Shown here piece after piece: positions 9,829-19,309 of a stretch of DNA of 64,000 nt. Source of the stretch: a virus. The stretch spans positions 5,000-68,999 of the IMG/VR virus record IMGVR_UViG_3300033233_000034; one strand, 5' to 3'. Numbering within the stretch: the stretch's first letter is position 1; each line of letters starts with the position of its first letter. Under the pieces are notes generated by a model, which saw only the letters and a list, made by a program, of their open reading frames with translations, searched no databases and had not been told where the DNA came from. A program made the translations under genes and the position numbers.

Positions 9829-12759
9829 ATGAAATGGGTAGTTCCAAGAATATGGGAAGGAGGCACTTGTGTGATTATAGGTGGTGGACCATCTATGCTT
9901 AAACAATTTGATATACCTGTGGAAATTATACAAGGGGTGTATTCAGGAGAATTAAAACCAGCAGCTTACTCCCCATATCTTGACCCCATTCATAATATGC
10001 ACGTGATAGCCGTGAATGTAGCTTATCAAATAGGGGATTGGATTGATGTTTGTTTTTTTGGGGATAATTCAACATGGGATGAAGAAAAAGAGGAATTAGC
10101 AAAGTGGAAGGGATTGAGGGTTACTTGTGCGGAGGAATTAATAGATGACATACGCCTAAAACACCTTGAAAGAAATGGAAAAAAGAGAATGGGGATTTCA
10201 GTCGAACCGAATATGGTTAGTTGGAATAGCAATAGCGGAAGTGCTGCTATTAATCTTGCAGTTCATTTTGGTGTCAAAAAAATAATTCTTTTAGGATTTG
10301 ACATGAAACTTGATGAAGGTAGAAATCAACATTGGCATAAAATATATAAAAAGCAATTAAAAACAAAGGAAACTACATTAAATAGTACGTTTAGAAAGCA
10401 TTTGAATGGTTTTCAACAAATGAAAAAGGATTTGGACACTTTAGGTGTGGAAGTGATTAATTGTAGTCCTGAGAGTAGCATAACAGTATTTCCAAAAATG
10501 AATTTTAAAGACATTAACGTTCTTGATAATCCCGGCAATAATATAAATTTAATTTTTGAGAAAGAACAGGAAGAGATACACTATGATTGGAGGAATAAAA
10601 ATCAAATTAAAAAAATCTGTATAACCACCACCTTTGACAGAAATTATAAAGAAGCCGGAAAAACTTTATTTAATTCAATTAAACGACATACAGATTGCAC
10701 CGGAATAGATTTTAAAATTATCACATCGGACACGGAAGTAGTTAAAGACTTTGGGGAAGAAAATTGTTATTTTATTACTGAGGAAATAAAAAATAGATAC
10801 AGCAATGTTAAATATCACAAAGAATTAACAGTAGAAAAATATGCTTCTTCATGGTATCGTTTTGAAATATTTAATATGACTGAATATGATCGGGTTATTT
10901 GTATTGATTCTGATTGTATTTGTGTAGAGGATATTTCTTATCTATTTAGTGAAGAATTAAATCAGTATGATTTAATATCTGTTGAAGATCATATTGTTTC
11001 TAAATGTTTTGTAAATCTCGTTCCTGAATTAGAAAGAAATGGTTCCCGCCTTAGTAATCTTACCAAACGATTAAAAGAAGGAAAAATAGATATTCAACCA
11101 GCATTATTGGTGGCTAATAAATCTATTGTAAATAAATCTTGGTATGAAAAACTAATTTCTTTTGCAAATATAGTTCCTTTTTCATATTCTATTGATGAGG
11201 GGGTTTTAAATGATTTCATTTATCAAGAAGGTATAAAAATAAAATTATTACCATTAGAATGGGATTTTCAAGATATTTATGAAAAAGTATGTTTAGATTT
11301 ACTCGTTCCTACGAAACCAATCATCATTCATTGTCAAGAATCTAAACCATTTAAGAAGTCAAAAGCACAATTAGAGCCATATTTTCATAAATATCATGAT
11401 TTATGGTGGGAAGAAAATAAATTCAGTGTATTAAGCCAATCAAAAACAATCGTTGTTATTATAGTTTGGAATCGGTTTGAAAATTTAAGAAGATGGATTA
11501 ATTGCTGGAACCAATGTGATACCTCAGAAGCGGAACTTGTGGTTGTTCATAATCAGGAAACAGATAATCATAGGTATTGGCAACTGTGTAGTGATAACGG
11601 TATTAAATATGTATATCGTGAAAATGTTGGTTTTGATATTGGTGCTTTTCAGGATATCTGTAAAGAAAGATTGGCAAATTTTCCAAATGAATGGAATAAC
11701 ATGATTTGGGTTACAGACGATTGTATTCCAATGGCTAAAGATTTTGTTAGTCAGTATTTAAAACAATTAACAGATACTAACACTCCTTGTTATGAGATTT
11801 CAAAGGAGGTTAAAACTCATGTAAGAACTACTGGTTTTTTGATTACTAAGGAGATTGCAAAAAAATTAATATTTCCTAAAGACCCTATTCATAACAGGGA
11901 AGATTGTTATCAATTTGAGCATAAAAGCAAAAATGCTTTATATGAACAACTGATTAGTATGGGTAAACATCCGATAATGGTAAATAAGGATTTAAAAACA
12001 TCTCCATTATGGGATTCTGACGTCCGAGCGTACTTAAATTTAATGAAAAAACATGAAGAAGTATTTGCCCCATTAAAATCTGAAAAAACAGAAGAACAAC
12101 CAATAAGTATTTTGGATGAATTAGCTATAAAATATAAGGCAGATAAAAGTTCAAGATACCATAATTACGCATCTAAATATGATAAAATATTAACTCCTTA
12201 CAAAGACATTTTCACATCTATTCTGGAAATCGGGGTAGCTCAGGGACAATCAGTAAGAATGTGGACAGATTATTTCCCAAAGGCTAAAATTCATGGAGCA
12301 GATATTGATAAGGCTTCTGAAATATGTGAGGCTTTTTCTAATAGAATAAAATTTCATTTACTTGATCAAAGAGATGCTGCTCAACTAAAAAATCTTGAAC
12401 CGTATTCTCCATTCGATTTGATAATAGATGATGGTAATCATTTTTGGATGGAACAAATCCTTACTTTTAAAATTCTTTTTCCTTATGTACGAAAGGGTGG
12501 TATTTATATTATAGAAGATACAACTACTTCATATTGGAAAGAGTATAGAAATCATCCTATTTCAACAATAGAATATTTTAAGACTTTAATAGATGAAATT
12601 AATTTTAAAGGTGAGAAAGCAACTGTACCCCTAAATCCCCCTGAAGAATTTGGAGATTGGGAAAAGGGATGGCATTGTAGAGAGGATTGTCATACAACAG
12701 TCCCTTTATTTGAGTCAATTCAATTTATGAATGGTTTTATTGTAATATACAAAAGATGA
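9829..12759 (+). CDS. four-domain glycan-modifying enzyme: Maf/MptE-like transferase + GT8-like + GT2-like + class I SAM O-methyltransferase
   Basis: IIGGGPS...NSGSAAINLA...ILLGFDM; YDRVICIDSD, DEGVLN, SKPF; RENVGFDIGAF, WVTDD; LEIGVAQGQS, DLIIDDGNH, GGIYIIED. Confidence 0.8.
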   Translation: MKWVVPRIWEGGTCVIIGGGPSMLKQFDIPVEIIQGVYSGELKPAAYSPYLDPIHNMHVIAVNVAYQIGDWIDVCFFGDNSTWDEEKEELAKWKGLRVTCAEELIDDIRLKHLERNGKKRMGISVEPNMVSWNSNSGSAAINLAVHFGVKKIILLGFDMKLDEGRNQHWHKIYKKQLKTKETTLNSTFRKHLNGFQQMKKDLDTLGVEVINCSPESSITVFPKMNFKDINVLDNPGNNINLIFEKEQEEIHYDWRNKNQIKKICITTTFDRNYKEAGKTLFNSIKRHTDCTGIDFKIITSDTEVVKDFGEENCYFITEEIKNRYSNVKYHKELTVEKYASSWYRFEIFNMTEYDRVICIDSDCICVEDISYLFSEELNQYDLISVEDHIVSKCFVNLVPELERNGSRLSNLTKRLKEGKIDIQPALLVANKSIVNKSWYEKLISFANIVPFSYSIDEGVLNDFIYQEGIKIKLLPLEWDFQDIYEKVCLDLLVPTKPIIIHCQESKPFKKSKAQLEPYFHKYHDLWWEENKFSVLSQSKTIVVIIVWNRFENLRRWINCWNQCDTSEAELVVVHNQETDNHRYWQLCSDNGIKYVYRENVGFDIGAFQDICKERLANFPNEWNNMIWVTDDCIPMAKDFVSQYLKQLTDTNTPCYEISKEVKTHVRTTGFLITKEIAKKLIFPKDPIHNREDCYQFEHKSKNALYEQLISMGKHPIMVNKDLKTSPLWDSDVRAYLNLMKKHEEVFAPLKSEKTEEQPISILDELAIKYKADKSSRYHNYASKYDKILTPYKDIFTSILEIGVAQGQSVRMWTDYFPKAKIHGADIDKASEICEAFSNRIKFHLLDQRDAAQLKNLEPYSPFDLIIDDGNHFWMEQILTFKILFPYVRKGGIYIIEDTTTSYWKEYRNHPISTIEYFKTLIDEINFKGEKATVPLNPPEEFGDWEKGWHCREDCHTTVPLFESIQFMNGFIVIYKR

Positions 12760-13676
12760 TAAACAGAATATTAAAACCGATTTCAAGAAACAGAGCCATT
12801 GAGACGTTGGGAACCGTTTGGACTACTTGCATGAAGCATAACATGGAAATAGACATAACGGAAGAGACGTTACAAAATATGTGCGTAAATCAACTAACAT
12901 TTGGTTTATTCTCATCTCACGAAAATGTGAATGATAGGGAAACTTTAGAAAAGTTGGCTTACGCTCTTGGTTTGTATGGTATTAAGAATCCTGAATCGGA
13001 TTCGTATGGAATTTATCCCCGAACAAGTTTAAAAGAAGTTAGTTCTAATGAATTACTAAAAAGTATCGAAAAAGAATTAGGCTTTCCAATTACCTTTGCT
13101 CGTTTATTTACGGGGGGTATGGTAAGACAAGAATCTGATTTTGGACGTTGGTCCATTCGTCAAATTCATTATTTGTGGATGATGAAAAAGATTCTTGAAT
13201 TATGCCCTAATCGTAATAGTAGGATTATAGAAGTTGGGGCTGGTATTGGTGTATTAGGGTTCTATTTGGATAAATTAGGGTACAAAGATTATACCATTGT
13301 TGATTTAGCAAGGGTGAATGCTGGACAGGCCTATTATTTATCAAAGAATCTTCCTGAACGTAATTTTATTCTTTCTGGTGAAGTTAAAAATCCTTTTGAG
13401 GATATTAAATCAATAAAGATACTGCATACATCAGATTTCAATAATGTTCCTACTGGTCGTTATGATCTGATGGTTAATATAGATGGGTTAACAGAGTACC
13501 CGGTAGAAGATGCGAAAAGGTATATACATAGCGATTGTGCTCCAATGCTATTAAGTATTAATCATGAAGTAAATCCATTCCGAGTGATTGAAATAGCAGA
13601 ACCATACAAGCATTTAGTATATCGCACTCCATTTTGGTTACGTGACGGATATGTAGAAGAACTTTATAAAGCATGA
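12756..13676 (+). CDS. putative sugar O-methyltransferase
   Basis: IIEVGAGIG SAM motif, YTIVDL, NIDGLTE. Confidence 0.75.
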   Translation: MINRILKPISRNRAIETLGTVWTTCMKHNMEIDITEETLQNMCVNQLTFGLFSSHENVNDRETLEKLAYALGLYGIKNPESDSYGIYPRTSLKEVSSNELLKSIEKELGFPITFARLFTGGMVRQESDFGRWSIRQIHYLWMMKKILELCPNRNSRIIEVGAGIGVLGFYLDKLGYKDYTIVDLARVNAGQAYYLSKNLPERNFILSGEVKNPFEDIKSIKILHTSDFNNVPTGRYDLMVNIDGLTEYPVEDAKRYIHSDCAPMLLSINHEVNPFRVIEIAEPYKHLVYRTPFWLRDGYVEELYKA

Positions 13677-13677
13677 T

Positions 13678-14913
13678 ATGAAAACTATAACTAAACAGCA
13701 TACAGCTTGTAGAATTTGTGGTTCCACGAATTTAAGTAAATATCTTGATTTGGGAGAAATGCCTTTACCAAACAATTTAGAATTAACTGAAAAATTGGCA
13801 AAAGAAAAAGAAAGATTTCCATTACAGGTTTTATTTTGTAATAATTGTGGACTATCCCAGTTATCTATTGTAGTTGATCCAGAGAAACTCTTTAGTTATT
13901 ACACCTATGTTTCCGGTATAAATCAGGGGTATGTTCTACATTGTAGGAAAATGGCACAGGATTTATCTAAACGGTTTGGTTTATGTTGTTCCTCTTTTCA
14001 TATTGATATTGCAGGAAATGATGGTACGTTGCTTATTGAATTTCAAAAATTACTTAAACATCAGGTACTGAATGTTGACCCGGCAGTAAATTTAACGGCT
14101 ATTGCAAGAGAAAAAGGAATACCGAGTATTACAACATTTTGGGGATTACCTGTTATATATGAAATAGGTAAACGAGCTGATTTAATCACTGCCACAAACG
14201 TATTTGCTCATTTGGACGATTTGGCTGAGTTTATGGTGGCTTGTCGGGGAATGTTAAAAGATACGAGTGTATTAGTAATTGAAAATCCATATTTGATAGA
14301 CTTTATAGATAATATGGAGTTCGATACTATTTACTTTGAACACATTACATATTGGAGTTTAATTCCAATGATGAGATTATGTAGTCAATATCACTTAAAA
14401 GTAATAGCAGCAGAAAAACAAGAAATCCATGGTGGTAGTATGCGTTATATTATTACTCGTGAAGAAAGTGAATACCAACCTTCTTCAGATTTAGAGAAGA
14501 TTTGTGCGGAGGAAAAAAGAAGGGGTTTTGATAAATATGAAAGTTATGCTGGATGGGCTAGTAAGGTTTGTTCATTTATATCGAACTTTAGAAAGAATCT
14601 ACTTAAATTAAAAGCAGAGAATAAAATCATTATTGGTTTTGCGGCATCAGCTAAAGGAAATACTCTTTTAAATTCTGCAAGGATTGACGATCATATTATT
14701 AACTGTATTATTGATGAAACCCCTGAAAAAATAGGAAAGTATTATCCTGGAGTTGGAATACCAATTGTAAATATTTCCAATATTATGGAAATAGTACCAG
14801 ATTATATTATTATACTTTCGTGGAATTTTAAAGATGAGATTATTGCAAAAGTAAAAGCATTGGGATATAAAGGAAAATTCATTATACCAATACCAACTTG
14901 GGAAATAATTTAA
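13678..14913 (+). CDS. NDP-sugar C-methyltransferase (TylC3/EryBIII/NovU-like)
   Basis: Zn motif CRICG...CNNCGLSQL, DIAGNDG, NVFAH, FDTIYFEH, IHGGSMR, ASAKGNTLL, ILSWNF. Confidence 0.9.
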   Translation: MKTITKQHTACRICGSTNLSKYLDLGEMPLPNNLELTEKLAKEKERFPLQVLFCNNCGLSQLSIVVDPEKLFSYYTYVSGINQGYVLHCRKMAQDLSKRFGLCCSSFHIDIAGNDGTLLIEFQKLLKHQVLNVDPAVNLTAIAREKGIPSITTFWGLPVIYEIGKRADLITATNVFAHLDDLAEFMVACRGMLKDTSVLVIENPYLIDFIDNMEFDTIYFEHITYWSLIPMMRLCSQYHLKVIAAEKQEIHGGSMRYIITREESEYQPSSDLEKICAEEKRRGFDKYESYAGWASKVCSFISNFRKNLLKLKAENKIIIGFAASAKGNTLLNSARIDDHIINCIIDETPEKIGKYYPGVGIPIVNISNIMEIVPDYIIILSWNFKDEIIAKVKALGYKGKFIIPIPTWEII

Positions 14914-14917
14914 AATT

Positions 14918-15610
14918 ATGATAGCACTTATAACACCGACCGGGGGACGTTCAGTACAGATTAAACATTGTGCAGAGTTTATGAAGGCTCAAACGTATGC
15001 TGGGGATGTTATTTGGATAATTGTAGATGACTGCGTTCCTGTTACTACTGATTTTATTACAAGTGATTTTCGTTCAGGTTGGGAAATAAACAAAGTTTAT
15101 CCTACTCCTAAATGGAGACAAGGGGATAATACTCAGGCACGAAATCTTCAAGCAGCTATTAATGTGGTTAAGACAATGGAAGTTTCATCTATTTGGATAA
15201 TTGAGGATGATGATTATTATTCTCCAAAATATTTGTCTATTATGACTGGTGCTTTGGAGGGATTTGATATTGTTGGTGAGACGGATACAATTTATTATCA
15301 TATTCGATTAAAAAGAGGATTAAAAAGTGGTAATAATAAACATTCAAGTTTATTTCAAACTGGATTTAAACCCTCTATAATTCCTATTTTTGAACAGGTT
15401 GTTTCAACAAAAGTTAAATACATAGATATAGAACTCTTTAAGGCTGTTCCTAATGTGCAATTCATAAAAGGTTTAGATTTAGCGATAGGTATAAAAGGAT
15501 TGCCCGGAAGAGGAGGTATTGGTGTAGGTCATAATCCTCGTAATTATAGAAGGGTAACAGATGATTTAACTGAAAAACAAAGCAAAACTTTAAGAAATAT
15601 ATACGGATGA
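14918..15610 (+). CDS. GT-A fold (GT2-like) glycosyltransferase
   Basis: LITPTGGR, WIIVDD, IEDDDYY. Confidence 0.8.
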   Translation: MIALITPTGGRSVQIKHCAEFMKAQTYAGDVIWIIVDDCVPVTTDFITSDFRSGWEINKVYPTPKWRQGDNTQARNLQAAINVVKTMEVSSIWIIEDDDYYSPKYLSIMTGALEGFDIVGETDTIYYHIRLKRGLKSGNNKHSSLFQTGFKPSIIPIFEQVVSTKVKYIDIELFKAVPNVQFIKGLDLAIGIKGLPGRGGIGVGHNPRNYRRVTDDLTEKQSKTLRNIYG

Positions 15611-16305
15611 GTACTAATATAAAAAATACACCTATCTTTATAACCGGAGCAGAACGCTCAGGTAGTTCAATTATTGCTCGTATTGTAAATCATTGTGGAG
15701 TTTTCTCAGGTAAGATTACAGATATGCAAGAGAATAAGAAAATAAAAGATTTATTGGATAAATATTATGTTTATAATTTACATATTAGTCCTTTAGGACA
15801 GTATCCATTACCAAATAGTTTAAAGATTAAAGTACCGGAAGATTGGAGAATAACCGTATTGCAATCCCTACAAATGGAATTGTACAATGAGAGAATACCT
15901 TGGTTTTATAAAAGTGGAAGATTGGCTCAAACATGGCCTATTTGGAACCATGAGTTTCCCCTGGCTAAATGGATTATTGTGAGACGTAGAACAGGAGATA
16001 TTATTCAGAGTTGTATGAAAACGGGTTGGATGATAGCCTTTGATAATACATATACTTTAGAGAAATTAGGAGTATCTACGATACAAGAAGGTTGGTTATG
16101 GTGGGTTCATCAGCATGAAAAAATGTTTATAGAGATGATAGAAGCTGGTTTAAATTACAGAGAAATTTGGCCGGAGCGTATGGCAACCGGGGATTTTGAG
16201 CAAGTAAAAGAAATAATACAATGGTTGGATTTAGAATGGAAAGAAGATATACCAGAGTTAGTAAAGCCTTTATTTAAAAATAGTTCTCAAAAGAAAGGAG
16301 TATAA
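15607..16305 (+). CDS. sulfotransferase-family protein
   Basis: PAPS-binding loop IFITGAERSGSS; KWIIVRR motif. Confidence 0.75.
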   Translation: MSTNIKNTPIFITGAERSGSSIIARIVNHCGVFSGKITDMQENKKIKDLLDKYYVYNLHISPLGQYPLPNSLKIKVPEDWRITVLQSLQMELYNERIPWFYKSGRLAQTWPIWNHEFPLAKWIIVRRRTGDIIQSCMKTGWMIAFDNTYTLEKLGVSTIQEGWLWWVHQHEKMFIEMIEAGLNYREIWPERMATGDFEQVKEIIQWLDLEWKEDIPELVKPLFKNSSQKKGV

Positions 16306-16309
16306 TATT

Positions 16310-16681
16310 ATGGCTGTAAGAGTAACAGAAGCAGAAGTGAAAGCATTATTAGATGATACTACTTTAACCGATCCGCAGGTATTAGCATTTATAACGAGTG
16401 CAAATGTTTTAGTTAATACAGCATTAGGTACAGGGGTTACTGATATTTTGAAAGAAATTGAAAAATGGTTGGCATGTCACATGATTGCTATTACTCGTGA
16501 ACGTCAAGCTAAAAAAGAAGAAGCTGGTGGAGCAAAGATAGAATACACAGGAGTAACGGGTGAAGGCTTAAAAATGACCTCTTACGGACAAATGGTGATA
16601 GCTTTGGACACAAGTGGTATCATGGCCTCCCTTAGTGGTAAGACACTTCAAATTTATGCCATTAAATCTTTCAACTCATGA
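16310..16681 (+). CDS. head-tail adaptor
   Basis: IEKWLACH, MTSYGQ..LDTSG motifs; synteny; SD AAGAAAGGAG at 16291-16300. Confidence 0.75.
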   Translation: MAVRVTEAEVKALLDDTTLTDPQVLAFITSANVLVNTALGTGVTDILKEIEKWLACHMIAITRERQAKKEEAGGAKIEYTGVTGEGLKMTSYGQMVIALDTSGIMASLSGKTLQIYAIKSFNS

Positions 16682-17064
16682 GCATTACACAATTTATAAA
16701 GAAAGTTTGTGTTCAAGACGCAATATATTGGGGAAGCCCTGTAAACAATGGTTACAGCGGTAAAACCTATGCTACACCTGTTGAAATAAAATGTCGTTGG
16801 GAGGAAAAGATGCGAGTGATTCATGATGATAAAGGACAAGAATTTTCTTCTAAAGCACAAATATTGGTAACTCAAAATTTAGACATGGAGGGTTATTTAT
16901 ATTTGGGTACATTGGATAGTCTTGAATCAGTTGTTGATGAAACTGATCCGAAGAATGTTACAGGTGCATATGAGATAATTGCTATTGATAGAATACCTTT
17001 GTTTAAATCATCTACGGATTTTGTACATATAGTTTATTTAGGATTCGGTAATAGAATGATATAA
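16678..17064 (+). CDS. head closure/stopper protein
   Basis: PVEIKCRWE motif; synteny. Confidence 0.7.
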   Translation: MSITQFIKKVCVQDAIYWGSPVNNGYSGKTYATPVEIKCRWEEKMRVIHDDKGQEFSSKAQILVTQNLDMEGYLYLGTLDSLESVVDETDPKNVTGAYEIIAIDRIPLFKSSTDFVHIVYLGFGNRMI

Positions 17065-17567
17065 TGGCAAATAAAGTAATACCAGTAGAAACACCTGGAG
17101 GATATGTAGGTACTCGTGGAAAGTCTTTAATAGCTTCCGGTAGTAGAGCAGCTTTAACACCTTCTCAATATAGTAAAGCATGGAGTATTCAAGGTTTTGA
17201 TGAAATCATTAAAAATCTGAATATAGAAATTATGCGAATTACTCAGGGGGGTAAAGAAGGTTTATTACAGGTTGCTAAAGAAATTCGTAGGGATATGGTG
17301 ATTACAGCACCCACTATACCTGTTGATAAAGGAAATTTAATAAATTCGTGGTCGGCTTCCCCTGTGAAAGATTCTGTTGGGAATAATGGTGTTTTAATGG
17401 GATTTTCTGCTAATTATGCACTTTGGGTACATGAAATGATAGAACCCATAAATTGGACACAGAGTGATAAATCCCCTGCACCGGGGGCTAAATTCTTTCA
17501 AGCAGCAATAAACAGGAATCGTGAAACTATACTACAAATTTTAGCAGATCATACTAAAGTTAAATAA
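17064..17567 (+). CDS. HK97 gp10-like neck/tail completion protein
   Basis: PVDKGNLINS, NYALWVHE, AKFF motifs. Confidence 0.75.
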   Translation: MANKVIPVETPGGYVGTRGKSLIASGSRAALTPSQYSKAWSIQGFDEIIKNLNIEIMRITQGGKEGLLQVAKEIRRDMVITAPTIPVDKGNLINSWSASPVKDSVGNNGVLMGFSANYALWVHEMIEPINWTQSDKSPAPGAKFFQAAINRNRETILQILADHTKVK

Positions 17568-17568
17568 C

Positions 17569-17973
17569 ATGAATGCTACAAGTAAAGATATTGCTACCAT
17601 ATTAGAAGGGATTAGTTCTTTAGGATTAACTTTCGGTGTAAATCTATTTATAGGCCGGGAACCCACCACCCCTTCAAATTGTGTTACAATTTATGATACA
17701 CCGGGTATGCCACCGCAGTTAAACCTTACGGATCAGGGATATGAGTATCCAGCCGTACAAATACGAGTCAGAGACATAAAATATCAGGATGGTTGGGATT
17801 TAATTTCAGCTATTAATAAAGAACTTCATGGTTTAAGCTATGAAATAACAGAAAGTGGTGCTGAGGCAACTTACACCGCTATCTATTGTGCTATGAACCC
17901 TTTCCTTTTGGATTGGGATGAAAACAGCCGGGCAAGGTTTGTTTCAAATTATAATTTACAAAGACACGCTTAA
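17569..17973 (+). CDS. tail terminator protein
   Basis: YPAVQIRVR, DENSRARFVSNY; directly upstream of the tail tube gene. Confidence 0.7.
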   Translation: MNATSKDIATILEGISSLGLTFGVNLFIGREPTTPSNCVTIYDTPGMPPQLNLTDQGYEYPAVQIRVRDIKYQDGWDLISAINKELHGLSYEITESGAEATYTAIYCAMNPFLLDWDENSRARFVSNYNLQRHA

Positions 17974-17984
17974 ACAATTTAATT

Positions 17985-18428
17985 ATGGCAAGTGAAGCTA
18001 TTAGTGGAGTAGGAGCAATGTTTCATCGGTATGATTCTACATCGAATGTGTGGGAAGCTATCGCTGAGATTACTTCTATTAAAGGACCAGGATTAAAACG
18101 AGATACCATTGATGTGACAAATTTAGACAGTCCCGATGGTTATAAAGAGTTTATTGCTGGTTTCAAAGAATCAGGAACAATATCATTATCAATGAATTTT
18201 CGTAGAGAAACTTATGATTTGATGAAGGCTGATTTTGAATCTGATGTTATGCAGAATTATGAAATTATTTTACCGGATACAGTGGAAACATCTTTTGAAT
18301 TTGAAGGTCTTGTAATAGAGTTACCTTTAAATATCACTACGAAAGATGCTATTACAGCGGATGTTACTATTCAAATTTCTGGTAAAGTAGTTGTGAATGA
18401 TGGGGTTGCTTCTGGTAGTCCTGATTAA
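17985..18428 (+). CDS. major tail (tube) protein
   Basis: IDVTNLDSPDGYKEFIAG.KESG motif of siphovirus tube proteins. Confidence 0.88.
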   Translation: MASEAISGVGAMFHRYDSTSNVWEAIAEITSIKGPGLKRDTIDVTNLDSPDGYKEFIAGFKESGTISLSMNFRRETYDLMKADFESDVMQNYEIILPDTVETSFEFEGLVIELPLNITTKDAITADVTIQISGKVVVNDGVASGSPD

Positions 18429-18491
18429 TTTTTTAATCCTAATCACGGATTTATTATTACTTTTGTATAATCAAAACAAAAAACAATTATT

Positions 18492-18920
18492 ATGGCACTT
18501 TTATTAGATCGTAGCAAGTTACTTGCAAAAGAAGAACTACAAGTTGTTAAAGTAGATTTGGGTAAAGATGAGTATGTTTTTGTCCGTCAAATGACAGGAC
18601 GTGAAAGAGGAAAGTATGAGCAATCCCTTATGATTGAGAAAAAAGATAACAAAGGAGTTGTTACTGGATTTGACCAAAGTTTAGAAGATTTTCGTGCGAA
18701 AGTAGCAGTTTATACCCTTTGTGATGAAAAAGGGAAATTACTGTTAAAACCAGAAGATGTATCTGTATTGAGTGAAAATATGTCAGCAGCTCGTTTGGAA
18801 AAAATTGCTGAAGAAGCACAAAAAATAAATGCAATTACGGAACAACAGAAGGAGGTTTTACTAAAAAACTCCGAAGCCGTCCAGGACGGCAATTCCAGTT
18901 CCGTCTCTGCAAAGAATTAG
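18492..18920 (+). CDS. tail assembly chaperone (lambda gpG-like)
   Basis: Between tube and tape-measure genes; VRQMTGRER; slippery site near the 3' end. Confidence 0.85.
   Translation: MALLLDRSKLLAKEELQVVKVDLGKDEYVFVRQMTGRERGKYEQSLMIEKKDNKGVVTGFDQSLEDFRAKVAVYTLCDEKGKLLLKPEDVSVLSENMSAARLEKIAEEAQKINAITEQQKEVLLKNSEAVQDGNSSSVSAKN
18851..18890 (+). promoter_or_regulatory. -1 programmed ribosomal frameshift signal
   Basis: GGAGG at 18851-18855, slippery A_AAA_AAC at 18863-18869, hairpin GCCGTC-CAG-GACGGC at 18876-18890. Confidence 0.88.
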
Positions 18921-19297
18921 GATTTGCTCACCCCGACCACTTACTGAATGAATTAACAAGCGTTCAGTTAAGTGAGTGGGAAGCTTATGATATTCTTGAT
19001 CCTACTGGTAAATGGCGTGATGAACACATGTTAGCTGAGGTTATTGCTAATATAACAAATATAGCAGCAGCTATTTATAAGGAAGAAGGAAAAGAACCTA
19101 AGTGGAGTAAAGCAAGCGATTATATGCCTATTTGGGACCCGGATAAGGCTAGGAGACTATCAGAAGAAGATAATAAAAAACAAAGCCTTGAAATGATGAA
19201 ACAAACCCTATTAGGTATAGCTCGATTACAGAATAAAAAAGTGGATAGAAAAGAAGCCGCAAAAATGAGAAAGCCTACAGTTAAACGAATGAAGTAA
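18869..19297 (+). CDS. frameshifted extension of the tail chaperone (gpGT-like)
   Basis: The -1 frame is open from the slip site (LRSRPGRQFQFRLCKELG...EWEAYDILDP) into ORF 19028..19297. Confidence 0.85.
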   Translation, partial: LRSRPGRQFQFRLCKELGFAHPDHLLNELTSVQLSEWEAYDILDPTGKWRDEHMLAEVIANITNIAAAIYKEEGKEPKWSKASDYMPIWDPDKARRLSEEDNKKQSLEMMKQTLLGIARLQNKKVDRKEAAKMRKPTVKRMK

Positions 19298-19309
19298 TAT
19301 TATAAAGCA

